Source: Promethearchaeota archaeon (GTDB taxonomy: Archaea > Asgardarchaeota > Lokiarchaeia > Sigyniarchaeales > SOKP01). From it: a stretch of DNA of 13,574 nt. The stretch lies in NCBI GenBank assembly GCA_016926735.1, contig JAFGOA010000158.1, forward strand, positions 1-13,574, read 5' to 3'. A program made the position numbers and the translations under genes. Positions 1-9,700 of this stretch are shown in pieces; within the stretch, counting starts at the first letter, position 1, and each line of letters begins with the position of its first letter. The notes under the pieces were generated by a model, which saw only the letters and a program-made list of their open reading frames with translations, was not told the origin of the DNA and made no database searches.

Positions 1-12
1 AATGGTTATAAG

Positions 13-573
13 ATGAATGTTAGAGAAACTATATTAAAGAGAAGAGCATATCGTTCGCTAGAACCAATTTTAATTTCACAAGATATTATTAATTCACTAA
101 AAGAAGTTGTTCAAATTGCTCCTTCTTGCATGAATAAGCAACCTTGGAGATTTATTTTTATTCAAAAGAAATCAATAATGGAGCAAATTTTTAAAACTTT
201 AACTTCGGGTAATAAATGGGTGGAAAATGCATCATTGATTATTGGAGTTGTAAGTAAACCAGAAGAAGATTGTATTATAGGTGAAAGATTATATTATCTT
301 TTTGATACAGGTATGGCATGTGCTTTTTTAATTTTAAGAGCAACAGAATTAGGATTAGTTGCACATCCAATAGCAGGATTTGATGAACAAAAAGCAAAAG
401 AAATACTTAAAATACCTCATGACATGAGATTAATTACGTTAATTAATATTGGTAAAAAATCTGACAATATCAATCCAATTCTCTCTGAACCTATGAAATT
501 AGGAGAAAAAAATCGTCCCCCTCGAAAATCATTAGAAGATATTACTTATCAAAACTATTATGGAGAAAATTGA
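13..573 (+). CDS. Nitroreductase family flavoprotein (FMN-dependent NAD(P)H oxidoreductase), 186 aa
   Basis: Family motifs in translation: N-terminal 'ILKRRAYR' (RRSxR-like), 'APSCMNKQPWRF' (APSxxNxQPWxF), 'DTGMA...LRATELGL', C-terminal 'RKSLEDI'. Confidence 0.92.
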   Translation: MNVRETILKRRAYRSLEPILISQDIINSLKEVVQIAPSCMNKQPWRFIFIQKKSIMEQIFKTLTSGNKWVENASLIIGVVSKPEEDCIIGERLYYLFDTGMACAFLILRATELGLVAHPIAGFDEQKAKEILKIPHDMRLITLINIGKKSDNINPILSEPMKLGEKNRPPRKSLEDITYQNYYGEN

Positions 574-574
574 G

Positions 575-584
575 TTTTTTTTTT
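575..584 (+). terminator. Oligo-T tract (T10), candidate archaeal intrinsic terminator
   Basis: Ten consecutive T starting 2 nt after the nitroreductase TGA; oligo-dT tracts terminate archaeal RNAP. The AT-rich background lowers specificity. Confidence 0.4.
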
Positions 585-621
585 GGATATTTAAGCAAAT
601 TTAAAAGAATTATTTAAAATA

Positions 622-2718
622 ATGCAAAATAAATATAATAGACTTATAAATGAAAAAAGTCCATATCTACTTCAGCATTCTCAAAATCCAGTAGATTGGT
701 ATCCTTGGGGAGAAGAAGCGTTTTCTAAGGCTAAAAATGAAAACAAACCAATATTTCTATCAATTGGATATTCAACATGTCATTGGTGTCATGTAATGGC
801 TCATGAATGTTTTGAGGATAATGAAATTGCTAAATTAATGAATGATAATTTTATATCAATAAAAGTGGATCGAGAAGAAAGACCAGATATTGACAATAAC
901 TATATGCTTATTAACCAAATACTCACAGGTTCAGGTGGATGGCCTTTAACAATTATAATGACTCCTGAAAAAAAACCGTTTTTTAGTGGAACATTTTTTC
1001 CTAAACATTCATTTTATGGTCGTATTGGATTAATTGATCTTATTCCTAAGATAATGATGTTATGGAAAAATCAAAAAAAGGATATTGATGATTCTATTGA
1101 AAGCATTAATCAAGCTCTTGAAAATATTCAAAAAAATATAAAATCAGATACCTCAACCATAAAAGTACTTAAAAAAGCATATAATCAAATTAAAAATATA
1201 TTTGATGAAGAATATGGTGGATTTGGAACTATACCTAAATTTCCCTTACCTCATCATCTTATTTTTCTTTTACGTTATTGGAATAGAACGGGTGATGATA
1301 AAGCAATAGAAATGGTTAAGAAAACTTTAGATAAAATGAGAATGGGAGGTATATACGATCAAATTGGATATGGTTTTCATAGATATTCAACAGACCAAAA
1401 ATGGCATGTTCCTCATTTTGAAAAAATGTTGTATGATCAAGCATTAATAGCTTTGGTATATCTAGAAGCCTTTCAAGCTACAAGAGATAATAGTTATGCT
1501 AAAGTTGTAGATGAGATATTCACATATTTACTAAGAGATATGAACTTTCATAATGGAGCATTCTATTCCGCCGAAGATGCTGATAGTGAAGGTATAGAAG
1601 GAAAATATTATGTTTGGACTAAGAAAGAAATTAATAATATTCTGAATGAAGAAGAAGCAAAATTATTCATTGAAATATTTAATATTAAAGAAGAAGGAAA
1701 TTATCTTGAGGAATCAACACATCGTAAAAATAAAAAAAATATTCCCTTTCTAAAATATTCAATTTCGGAGATAATAGATGGGTTAGATATTGATTTAATT
1801 ACTTTAAAAAATAAACTTGAGGATATTAGAAATATATTATTTTTAAAACGTAAAACAAGAATCAAACCTTATAGGGATGATAAAATTCTCACAGATTGGA
1901 ATGGTCTTGTTGTTGTAGCTTTAGCAAAAGGTGGAGATATTCTGGGTAAAAAAGAATATATTAAAGAAGCTGAAAAAACGATAAATTTTATTTTTAAAAA
2001 TCTATATGAACCTCAAGGAAGATTATTACATAGATTCCGAGAAAATAAAGCTGAGATTAATGCATTTATTGATGATTATGTTTTTTTAATTTGGGGTTTA
2101 TTAGAATTATACGAAGCTACTCTAAATATAAATTATTTAGTTAAGGCAATAAATCTAAATAAAGAATTAATTTCCTTTTTTTGGGATTCTGAAAATGGAG
2201 GATTTTATTTTACGCCAAAAGATTTGAAGGATTTGATTATCAGACAAAAAGAGATATATGATGGAGCTATACCCTCTGGAAATTCAATAGCAATATTAAA
2301 TCTGATGAAATTATATCTTATTACAGGAGATAAAGATTTAATGAATATGATTGAAAAAATGGATAAATTATTCTCAAAAAAAATACAAAAAAATCCTATA
2401 GCATATACTCAATATTTAATTGGTATAGATTATGTATTAGGTCCCTCATATTCAATTGTTATAGCTGGAAAGTTAGAAAATGAGGATACTAACTATATAA
2501 TAGAATCTATAAAAAGAAAATATATTCCAAATAAATCTATTCTGCTAAAAAATCCAATGAATAATATCTTAAAAATAGATAATATAAAATATTTTAATCA
2601 GATTAATGGAAAAGCTACAGCATATATTTGCATTAATAATACATGTAAACCTGCTACAAATGATCTCAACGTTATATTGAGTTATTTGGATTCAAAATGG
2701 ACTTTATTAAAGGAATAA
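622..2718 (+). CDS. YyaL/SSP411 (SPATA20-like, DUF255) protein: N-terminal thioredoxin-like domain + (alpha/alpha)6 barrel, 698 aa
   Basis: Signature motifs '[23 protein letters not shown]', '[14 protein letters not shown]' (CxxC), '[11 protein letters not shown]', 'GGWPL', '[28 protein letters not shown]', 'DADSEG.EG', '[11 protein letters not shown]', 'DGAIPSGNS'. Confidence 0.95.
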   Translation: MQNKYNRLINEKSPYLLQHSQNPVDWYPWGEEAFSKAKNENKPIFLSIGYSTCHWCHVMAHECFEDNEIAKLMNDNFISIKVDREERPDIDNNYMLINQILTGSGGWPLTIIMTPEKKPFFSGTFFPKHSFYGRIGLIDLIPKIMMLWKNQKKDIDDSIESINQALENIQKNIKSDTSTIKVLKKAYNQIKNIFDEEYGGFGTIPKFPLPHHLIFLLRYWNRTGDDKAIEMVKKTLDKMRMGGIYDQIGYGFHRYSTDQKWHVPHFEKMLYDQALIALVYLEAFQATRDNSYAKVVDEIFTYLLRDMNFHNGAFYSAEDADSEGIEGKYYVWTKKEINNILNEEEAKLFIEIFNIKEEGNYLEESTHRKNKKNIPFLKYSISEIIDGLDIDLITLKNKLEDIRNILFLKRKTRIKPYRDDKILTDWNGLVVVALAKGGDILGKKEYIKEAEKTINFIFKNLYEPQGRLLHRFRENKAEINAFIDDYVFLIWGLLELYEATLNINYLVKAINLNKELISFFWDSENGGFYFTPKDLKDLIIRQKEIYDGAIPSGNSIAILNLMKLYLITGDKDLMNMIEKMDKLFSKKIQKNPIAYTQYLIGIDYVLGPSYSIVIAGKLENEDTNYIIESIKRKYIPNKSILLKNPMNNILKIDNIKYFNQINGKATAYICINNTCKPATNDLNVILSYLDSKWTLLKE

Positions 2719-2934
2719 TTTATTTTTTAAATTAATCATCGAAAATGTATTCTCTTTCTTTCCAAGCTATTTTTAAATCTGGGATTTTTTTTAATAGACC
2801 AATTAAAATATTCTATTTCAATATGATTTAACGGACAAGTAAAATTAATATAAATAGGATATATTTTTGTTTGCATCAATATTATTTGAAATAAAATTCT
2901 GAAATGAAAAAATATCAATAATGATTACAAAATT

Positions 2935-4905
2935 TTAATTATCCTCTTTTATGATATCAATGATAGAATTCATTTGATCAGATGTAAAATGATTTTGTTC
3001 TATTGCCCCTGAAGGACATGCAGGAGCACATGTCCCACATCCTTTACAGAGAACTGGATTAATTAAGGCTTTTTTTTTATAATCATCAAATTCTATTGCA
3101 TTATAAGGACATAAAGATTGACATATTTTACATCCTGAGCATAATTGATCTATAACAACGGTATAATATGGATCTATTTCTAATTCAGCTTTAGCCATTA
3201 GTATAGATGCCCCTGAAGCTGCTGCTTTTGCTTGAGCGACAGTATCGGGAATATCTTTAGGTCCTTGTGCAACTCCGGAAATAAATATACCTTCTAATAA
3301 TGTATCAATTGGTCTTAATTTAGGATGTGCTTCCATAAAGAATCCATCCGAGGATTTTTGAAGACATAATAAAGAACCTATTTTATCAGAATCTATATTA
3401 GGTTCTAATCCACATGATAAAATAAGTAGATCTACTTTTAATTCTATTAATTGTTGAGATAGAGTATCTTCAGATCTAATGATTATATTATTATTTTTAT
3501 CCTCTAATACTTCTGCAATTCGACCTCTTATATATCTAATTCCGTATTCTCTTTGAGAAGATTCATAAAATTCTTCATATTCTTTACCAAAAGTACGCAT
3601 ATCAATATAAAAGATAAAAATTTCACAATCAGGATATTTTTCTTTATACTGTCTTGCTTGTTTAATTGCATACATACAACATACTCTAGAACAATATCTA
3701 TTTCCTCCTTCTCTATAATACCTACTACCAACACATTGAAGAAAAGCAATTCTTTTTGGAACGAGTAAATCTGAGGGGCGTGCAGGATTTCCTGATAAAG
3801 GACCAATTGAACTTAATAATCTTTCCATTTGCAAACTATTTATAACATTTGGATATCTTCCATATCCATATTGTTTTAATTCTGTTGGATCATATAAATC
3901 CCAACCCGTTGCTACAATAATCGTTCCGACTTTAATATTAATAATTTCTGGTTTATCATTAAAATTTATTGCTTCTGTTTCGCATACATTTGGATCAGCA
4001 CAAATTCCACATTTAATACAATTTTCCATATCAATAGTATACTCACCGGGTATTGCTTGGGGAAAAGGAATATATATTGCTTTTCGGGAGGTCATTCCTA
4101 AATCAAATTCATTTTTGCATATCACTGGACATGGAGTTATACAAGATCCACAACCATTGCATTTTATTTGATCAACATAATGAGGTTTTTTCATTATTTT
4201 AATTTTAAAATTTCCTACATACCCATCTATTCCCACTATTTCTGAATAAGTCAATAAAGTTATATTTTGATTTCTAGCAATATCAACCATGCGTGGTGTT
4301 AAGATACATGCTGAACAATCCATTGTAGGAAATGTTTTATCTAATTGTGCCATATGACCTCCAATCGAAGGGTTCTTCTCTAATAAATATACTTTATATC
4401 CATTATTAGCTAAATCTAAAGCAGAATTTATACCAGCGATCCCTCCACCGATAACTAAACAAGAAGATTCAACTGAAACCTTTATTTTTTTTAATGGTTT
4501 TAATTTACTGGCTTTCGCTACAGCCATGTTAATATGATCTTTTGCTATTTCGAAAGCTCCTTCAGGATCATTTAAATTAACCCACGAGGAATGTTCTCTT
4601 ATATTAGCTTGTTCAAATAAGAAAGGATTAAAGCCTATATCTTCACATACTGATCGAAAAGTATATTCATGTAATCTTGGAGAACAAGCGGCTATTACAA
4701 CTCTATTAATTATACCCGATTCAATATCTGCTTTTATTAATTTTTGTCCAATATCAGAACACATAAATTTATAATCTTTAACAAGAACTACATTAGAGAT
4801 TTTTGAGGAATATTCTTTTAAAAGATCAATATTGATATTTCCAGAAATATTGGTTCCACAATGACAAATATACACTCCAATCTTTAGATTTTCTGTCTCT
4901 ACCAT
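2935..4905 (-). CDS. hdrA: Heterodisulfide reductase subunit A (FAD, Fe-S; electron-bifurcating type), 656 aa
   Basis: 'IGVYICHCG', 'FMCS', 'AACSP', Rossmann 'VIGGGIAG', 'GGHMAQLDKTFPTMDCSACILTP', inserted ferredoxin (CNGCGSC..PCP; CIKCGIC), 'FLQCVGSR', 'YCSRVCCMYAIK', 'GVAQGPKDIPD', C-terminal 2x[4Fe-4S] (CSGCKIC..LCP; CKGCGTC..ACP). Confidence 0.97.
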   Translation of the reverse strand: MVETENLKIGVYICHCGTNISGNINIDLLKEYSSKISNVVLVKDYKFMCSDIGQKLIKADIESGIINRVVIAACSPRLHEYTFRSVCEDIGFNPFLFEQANIREHSSWVNLNDPEGAFEIAKDHINMAVAKASKLKPLKKIKVSVESSCLVIGGGIAGINSALDLANNGYKVYLLEKNPSIGGHMAQLDKTFPTMDCSACILTPRMVDIARNQNITLLTYSEIVGIDGYVGNFKIKIMKKPHYVDQIKCNGCGSCITPCPVICKNEFDLGMTSRKAIYIPFPQAIPGEYTIDMENCIKCGICADPNVCETEAINFNDKPEIINIKVGTIIVATGWDLYDPTELKQYGYGRYPNVINSLQMERLLSSIGPLSGNPARPSDLLVPKRIAFLQCVGSRYYREGGNRYCSRVCCMYAIKQARQYKEKYPDCEIFIFYIDMRTFGKEYEEFYESSQREYGIRYIRGRIAEVLEDKNNNIIIRSEDTLSQQLIELKVDLLILSCGLEPNIDSDKIGSLLCLQKSSDGFFMEAHPKLRPIDTLLEGIFISGVAQGPKDIPDTVAQAKAAASGASILMAKAELEIDPYYTVVIDQLCSGCKICQSLCPYNAIEFDDYKKKALINPVLCKGCGTCAPACPSGAIEQNHFTSDQMNSIIDIIKEDN

Positions 4906-5020
4906 TATGAACTTGTTTATAAAAGATTATATTATCTAATTTTAAAAATATATAACTAATTGCATTAACTATATTTCTTCTTAGTTTTTTTAAATATATA
5001 TCCAAACTCTTTTTTTATAT

Positions 5021-5968
5021 TTATATTAATTGTTTTTTAATTAATTTTAAAAAAGGATCCAGTGAAATAAAAGGACTCACGTCTTTTATATTATGATTTT
5101 TTATTAAGCCTAATCGATTAGGATCTATCCCCATACTTAGACCGATAAGCTGCGTTATATAAATAACAGGAATGGTAAAAGGTTTTTTAATTTCATCTCT
5201 AAAAATATTAGATACTTCTTTTTGACCTAAATCAAATTGTAATTGGCAGAATGGACAACAAGTTATTATTATATCTGCTTTTGCTTTCCTTATATTGATT
5301 AGTTTTTCTTTAGTAAAATCAGCCGCTACTTCATTAAAACCACTTCTTAAAGCACCACCAGCACCACAACACAGATATTTATCTTTATAATCAATACTTT
5401 TTGCTCCCGTTAATTCAACAAGTTCATCTAAAAAAGTAGGAGATTCATATTCTTTATTCCATGGTCGTTTTATACTCGGTTTAATAATATGACATCCATA
5501 ATGCACAGCTACTTTTAGGTCTGAAAATTTATATTTAATATAGTCTTTAAGGTAGTCTAAACCTAAATCTTGATATAATACTTGAACTACATGTTTTGGT
5601 TCATATTTTCCTGTATATGACTTTCCGATTTTTCTAAGTTCCTCATTAACTTTCATTTTTAATTGAGGATCATGCTCAAGATCATACCAAACATCTCTTA
5701 ATGTACCATAGCATCCATTACAACCTGTAACAGGACTCACTTTTAATTCTTCTGAAAGGGATAAGTTCCTAGCAGCTATAACTAACCAAGTAAGAATATG
5801 AAAAGAACGGAATACACCTGGGGCAGGACAGCACGAAGCACCCGCTAAATCTATTAATTCAATATTAAGTTCTTCAAAAACATCTCTAATACTTCTTTCA
5901 ATCATTGGATATCGATTTGGAATAACACATCCCAAAAAAAATCCATATTTTAATGCAGATTTATTCAT
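5021..5968 (-). CDS. hdrB: Heterodisulfide reductase subunit B (two CCG domains), 315 aa
   Basis: 'FFLGCVIPNRYP', 'SCCPAPG', 'GCNGC', 'VHYGCH', 'CCGAGG', 'CCPFCQLQFD.GQ': the cysteine pattern of both CCG domains is intact. Confidence 0.96.
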   Translation of the reverse strand: MNKSALKYGFFLGCVIPNRYPMIERSIRDVFEELNIELIDLAGASCCPAPGVFRSFHILTWLVIAARNLSLSEELKVSPVTGCNGCYGTLRDVWYDLEHDPQLKMKVNEELRKIGKSYTGKYEPKHVVQVLYQDLGLDYLKDYIKYKFSDLKVAVHYGCHIIKPSIKRPWNKEYESPTFLDELVELTGAKSIDYKDKYLCCGAGGALRSGFNEVAADFTKEKLINIRKAKADIIITCCPFCQLQFDLGQKEVSNIFRDEIKKPFTIPVIYITQLIGLSMGIDPNRLGLIKNHNIKDVSPFISLDPFLKLIKKQLI

Positions 5969-5969
5969 T

Positions 5970-6557
5970 TCACTTTATATTTTTATTATCCTTTTTTTTT
6001 TTCTTTTTGATTTTATCTAAAAGTTGTTTAAATTTTACTTCTCTCATTAGTTTTTGACATTCCTTGACTGCTTCTGGGTAAGAATGGACAGTTGGGGGTA
6101 ATGAAGGTAAATCATAAGATTCCCTAAGTTCTCTCCATTTTTTATTATTTTCTCCTATAGCAGATATTGCATGACACGTTTTATAAAAAACATTATATGC
6201 TAAATCAAAATGGTTATCTAAGATATATCCTTCCTCAACAGCAATATTCCTTAATTTAATTATCATATCGGTTACAGGTATATTACGAGGACATCTTTCA
6301 TAACAATAATAACAAGTACTACAAAACCATATGTCTTTATCCTTTAAAATAGATTCATCTCCATCCAAGGCTTTTTTAATCGCCGATCTTACTCTTAATG
6401 CTGTACGTTTACCGGAAGGACAACTCCCAGTACATGTTCCGCAATTTATACATGCTCGTATCTCTTCTAAACCTGCATTAATAAATTTTTGAATGAGTTT
6501 GTTATTATAGGATTTACGAATGTCTTTTCTTAATACTTCTTCAGTTTTAGAATTCAT
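5970..6557 (-). CDS. hdrC: Heterodisulfide reductase subunit C (2x[4Fe-4S]), 195 aa
   Basis: 'CINCGTCTGSCPSG' and 'WFCSTCYYCYERCPR', plus 'LPPTVH.YPEA' as in methanogen-type HdrC; its TGA is 1 nt before the hdrB ATG (TGA-A-ATG). Confidence 0.96.
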   Translation of the reverse strand: MNSKTEEVLRKDIRKSYNNKLIQKFINAGLEEIRACINCGTCTGSCPSGKRTALRVRSAIKKALDGDESILKDKDIWFCSTCYYCYERCPRNIPVTDMIIKLRNIAVEEGYILDNHFDLAYNVFYKTCHAISAIGENNKKWRELRESYDLPSLPPTVHSYPEAVKECQKLMREVKFKQLLDKIKKKKKKDNKNIK

Positions 6558-6617
6558 CTATGATTTATTTATTATAATTGAATTAGATTAAAAATTATGA
6601 AAAATATAATTTCAAGA

Positions 6618-6659
6618 TTGTTTTAAATTAAAATTATTAATCTGATTAAATTAAAACAA
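6618..6659. promoter_or_regulatory. Inverted repeat upstream of hdrC, possible operator
   Basis: Arms TTGTTTTAAATTAA (6618-6631) and TTAAATTAAAACAA (6646-6659) pair at 13/14 positions, 61-102 nt upstream of the hdrC ATG. Very AT-rich context. Confidence 0.3.
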
Positions 6660-6748
6660 ATTTAAAGATTTATAATATTTTCTGTAATGATTATAACTAT
6701 TTTATAAAATATAATTTTAAAATAAAGCTTTAAGACTTAAAAATAAAG

Positions 6749-6760
6749 AAAAAAAAAAAA
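6749..6760 (-). terminator. Oligo-T tract (T12 on - strand) after the beta-helix gene, candidate terminator
   Basis: A12 on + at 6749-6760, separated by 2 nt from the TAA stop (6765-6763); suggests hdrCBA is transcribed separately. Confidence 0.5.
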
Positions 6761-6762
6761 TT

Positions 6763-9700
6763 TTATAGATTTTTTAACATTTTTTCGATCAATAGAGTTC
6801 TTTCTTCAGGATTTAGATTTACTAAATCTTCAATAAGTATTCCTGTTTCTTCCATGGTTAATCCTAATAAATTAATTTTACGCATTAGTTCTGGATCTGA
6901 TAGTGTGGTAATAAAATTTTTCATTTCAGGTATTTCTGAGATTAATTTATCTGTTTCTAAGTACTCTTTTAATTCAGGGTTTTGGTTTACTATTGCTTGA
7001 TAGTTTTTATTGTGAGTAAGAGATATATCATTATTTAAATAACTTTCAGGTTTGATTAATTGCGTTTCAGATGGAGCCATATTACCTATATTTTGTGTTG
7101 ATATCTCTTCTGCTTCAGACGTACCCGAATATGTTCCTAATTTTGGTTCTTTTATTTTCTTATTTGGTTTACCTGAAAATTGTTTGATCAAACCTAACGC
7201 GATTAAACTAATTGCAGCAATAATTGCGAAAATTATTCCTATCATTGGGAGAATATTATCATCATCATTATTTCCTAGAGGTGTGGGTGGTTCTGGCTTT
7301 GTTGCAGGATTCATAAGAGGAAAATTATCAATTGAACCAGTAGTACCTAGAATATAATAAGGAGTATCCCCAATACTATTATTATCTAAGTCTTGACCCA
7401 TATAATCATCCCAGTAATTACCAAACTCACCATTATCCCAAGCATTATAATGTATTCCATTATCCATAGCATTAAATGAATTTCCAATGAATGAATTGTT
7501 GTATATTGTAGAATTTCCACATCTATTTAAAAATAATCCAATATTTACATTAGATTGTATTAGATTATAAGTAATTGTTATATTAAGATCTTCATATGTA
7601 TAAATACCATTTAGACCATTGTTCATTATTTGATTAGAGATTATTATATCGAAACTTGTTGAATTTGAACTCCAAATATAAATTCCATGGTTTTGATTTA
7701 GAGATATATTATTTTGTTCAATATTATTATATATTGACGATTGATTCACAGCAATACCGTTATTTAGATTATATTTTATATTATTTAAAGATATATTAAT
7801 CCAATCACTATAATATTCAACATAAATTCCATTATTATCGTTATAATATATTTCATTACTGTAAATTGTACAATTTTCACATCCCCATACATCGAGTCCA
7901 TGAGCACCATTAGATTGTATAAGATTATCAATTATAATTGCATCATTTATTTCCATGAGATAAATACCATCTAATCCATTATCTATTATTTGATTTTGAG
8001 TAATTGTATTATTATTAGTACCATAAATAGATCCCCAAAATTTTATTCCATGATTCTTATTTAACGATATATTATTAAGTATAAAGATAGTATTATAACA
8101 TTCTGTATCAAGACTAATACCATTATTGAGATTATATTTAATTGAATTCAAACGGATAATATTATTTTCAATCATATAACCATAATCAAAAGTTATACCA
8201 TTATTCGTGTTATTTTCTATAATATTACTGATAATTTTATTGTTAATACTAGTCTGAAAATATAATCCATAACGATAATTATAACTGATATTATTTAAGA
8301 AGAATTCATTATTAGAAGAAGTATAAAGTCCGATTCCTGATTTGATAGCAGTGAAATAGATATAATAATCTTCAATAGTAAATGCATTAAAACATATATT
8401 ATTATTTGATATTATGCTTCCATATAATTTCCCTGAACCAATTCCACCAAATGAATTATATTGTATTACATTGTTGCTAATGTTGAAATAATAGTTATTA
8501 ATGTTGTAATCATCATAAATAGAAATTCCATAACTATTATTATTCATTATACTATTTGTAATGTCAATATCAGAGCAATTATATACAAAAATCCCATCGT
8601 ATACATTAAATGAACTGATAATATTATCAATTGCTGCATTTATACAATAAAACAAGGAAATTCCAATCGAACCAAAAGAAACATCTTCATTACTAATTTC
8701 TATATTCGAACAATTATAAAGAATTATTTGCCCAGCATTAGAAAAATCTGTTGTGGTTAATCCATCTTGTTCTTTATAATAATATATAATTTTATTATTA
8801 AAATGATTTGTTAGATCAATTTGCTGAGTACCAATATATGTAGGATTTCCCCCAAATTGTAAAAAAATAGCACCATTACTCATATTATTGTCTGATATCA
8901 CATTATTTCCACTCTGTGCTATATTAATACTATGTAATTTATTGCTATGAATCTCATTGGATGATATATTAGCATATCCGCTATATTGAAGGATTATTCC
9001 ATTTTTATCACTATAATATATAGAATTTTCAATGATGGAAGTGTTATAACTATAACTTTGTATATTAATTCCACTTTCCCTACTTATATCTATAATATTT
9101 CCATATATTATAGTATTTTCACTGTAGGAATATATATATATTCCATTTAAGCCACTATTGTAAATTGTATTAAACGTGATGTTGTTTTTTAGACTATTAT
9201 CATAGATATATATTCCATTCAAGCCGCTATTATAGATTGAATTATTGATAATTTTATTGTCATTAGATTCATCCCCAAAAGAAATACCATGACCTTTATT
9301 ATTATAAATATCATTATGGAAAATAATATTGTTAACAGCATCATATTCTCCGTGAATTCCATCTTCTATATTACCATAAATAATATTATTACTCACATTT
9401 ACACCTTCTGTACCATAAACTAGACCAATCCCATTTCGAATATTAAATTTAAATTCATTATCGCTTATTATAATATCAAAATCGCTACCAAATACTTCAA
9501 TACCAGAATCAGTATTATTAAAAGCATAGTTATTTGTTATTGTAATATTATTTCCAGAGATTTGAAAACCATTATCACCATTAAAATTCGCAGTGCAATT
9601 ATTTATAATAGAATGAGATGATCCTATGCTTATTCCGTGATATCCATTATGATTCGCAGTTACATTAGTAATAGAGGTTCTATTGGAAGAATCACCAAGA

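Noticed and set aside
2736-2918. 60-aa - strand ORF after hdrA
   Set aside because: Non-ATG start, no motif (not MvhD-like; a single Cys), composition of translated AT-rich spacer between convergent genes.
2719-2934. Possible SECIS or structured RNA downstream of hdrA
   Set aside because: Only weak AT-rich pairing, and hdrA has no in-frame TGA.
3553-3768. 71-aa + strand ORF
   Set aside because: Antisense shadow of hdrA.
3528-3806. 92-aa - strand ORF
   Set aside because: Alternative frame wholly inside hdrA; no recognisable motif.
4915-4924. TTTTATAAA as hdrA TATA box
   Set aside because: Only ~10-19 nt from the ATG, too close for the ~25-nt TATA-to-TSS spacing.
5969-6010. A11 tract in the hdrC Lys-rich tail as a frameshift site giving an HdrC-HdrB fusion, or TGA read-through
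   Set aside because: The hdrB frame has a TAA between the tract and the hdrB ATG; read-through of the TGA meets TAA after two more codons.
7052-7357. 101-aa + strand ORF
   Set aside because: Antisense shadow of the TM/linker region of the beta-helix gene.
7490-9239. Intragenic repeats as DGR template/variable repeats or a CRISPR array
   Set aside because: Repeats are in-frame codon multiples, differences are not adenine-specific, and no reverse transcriptase, cas gene or repeat-spacer pattern is present.
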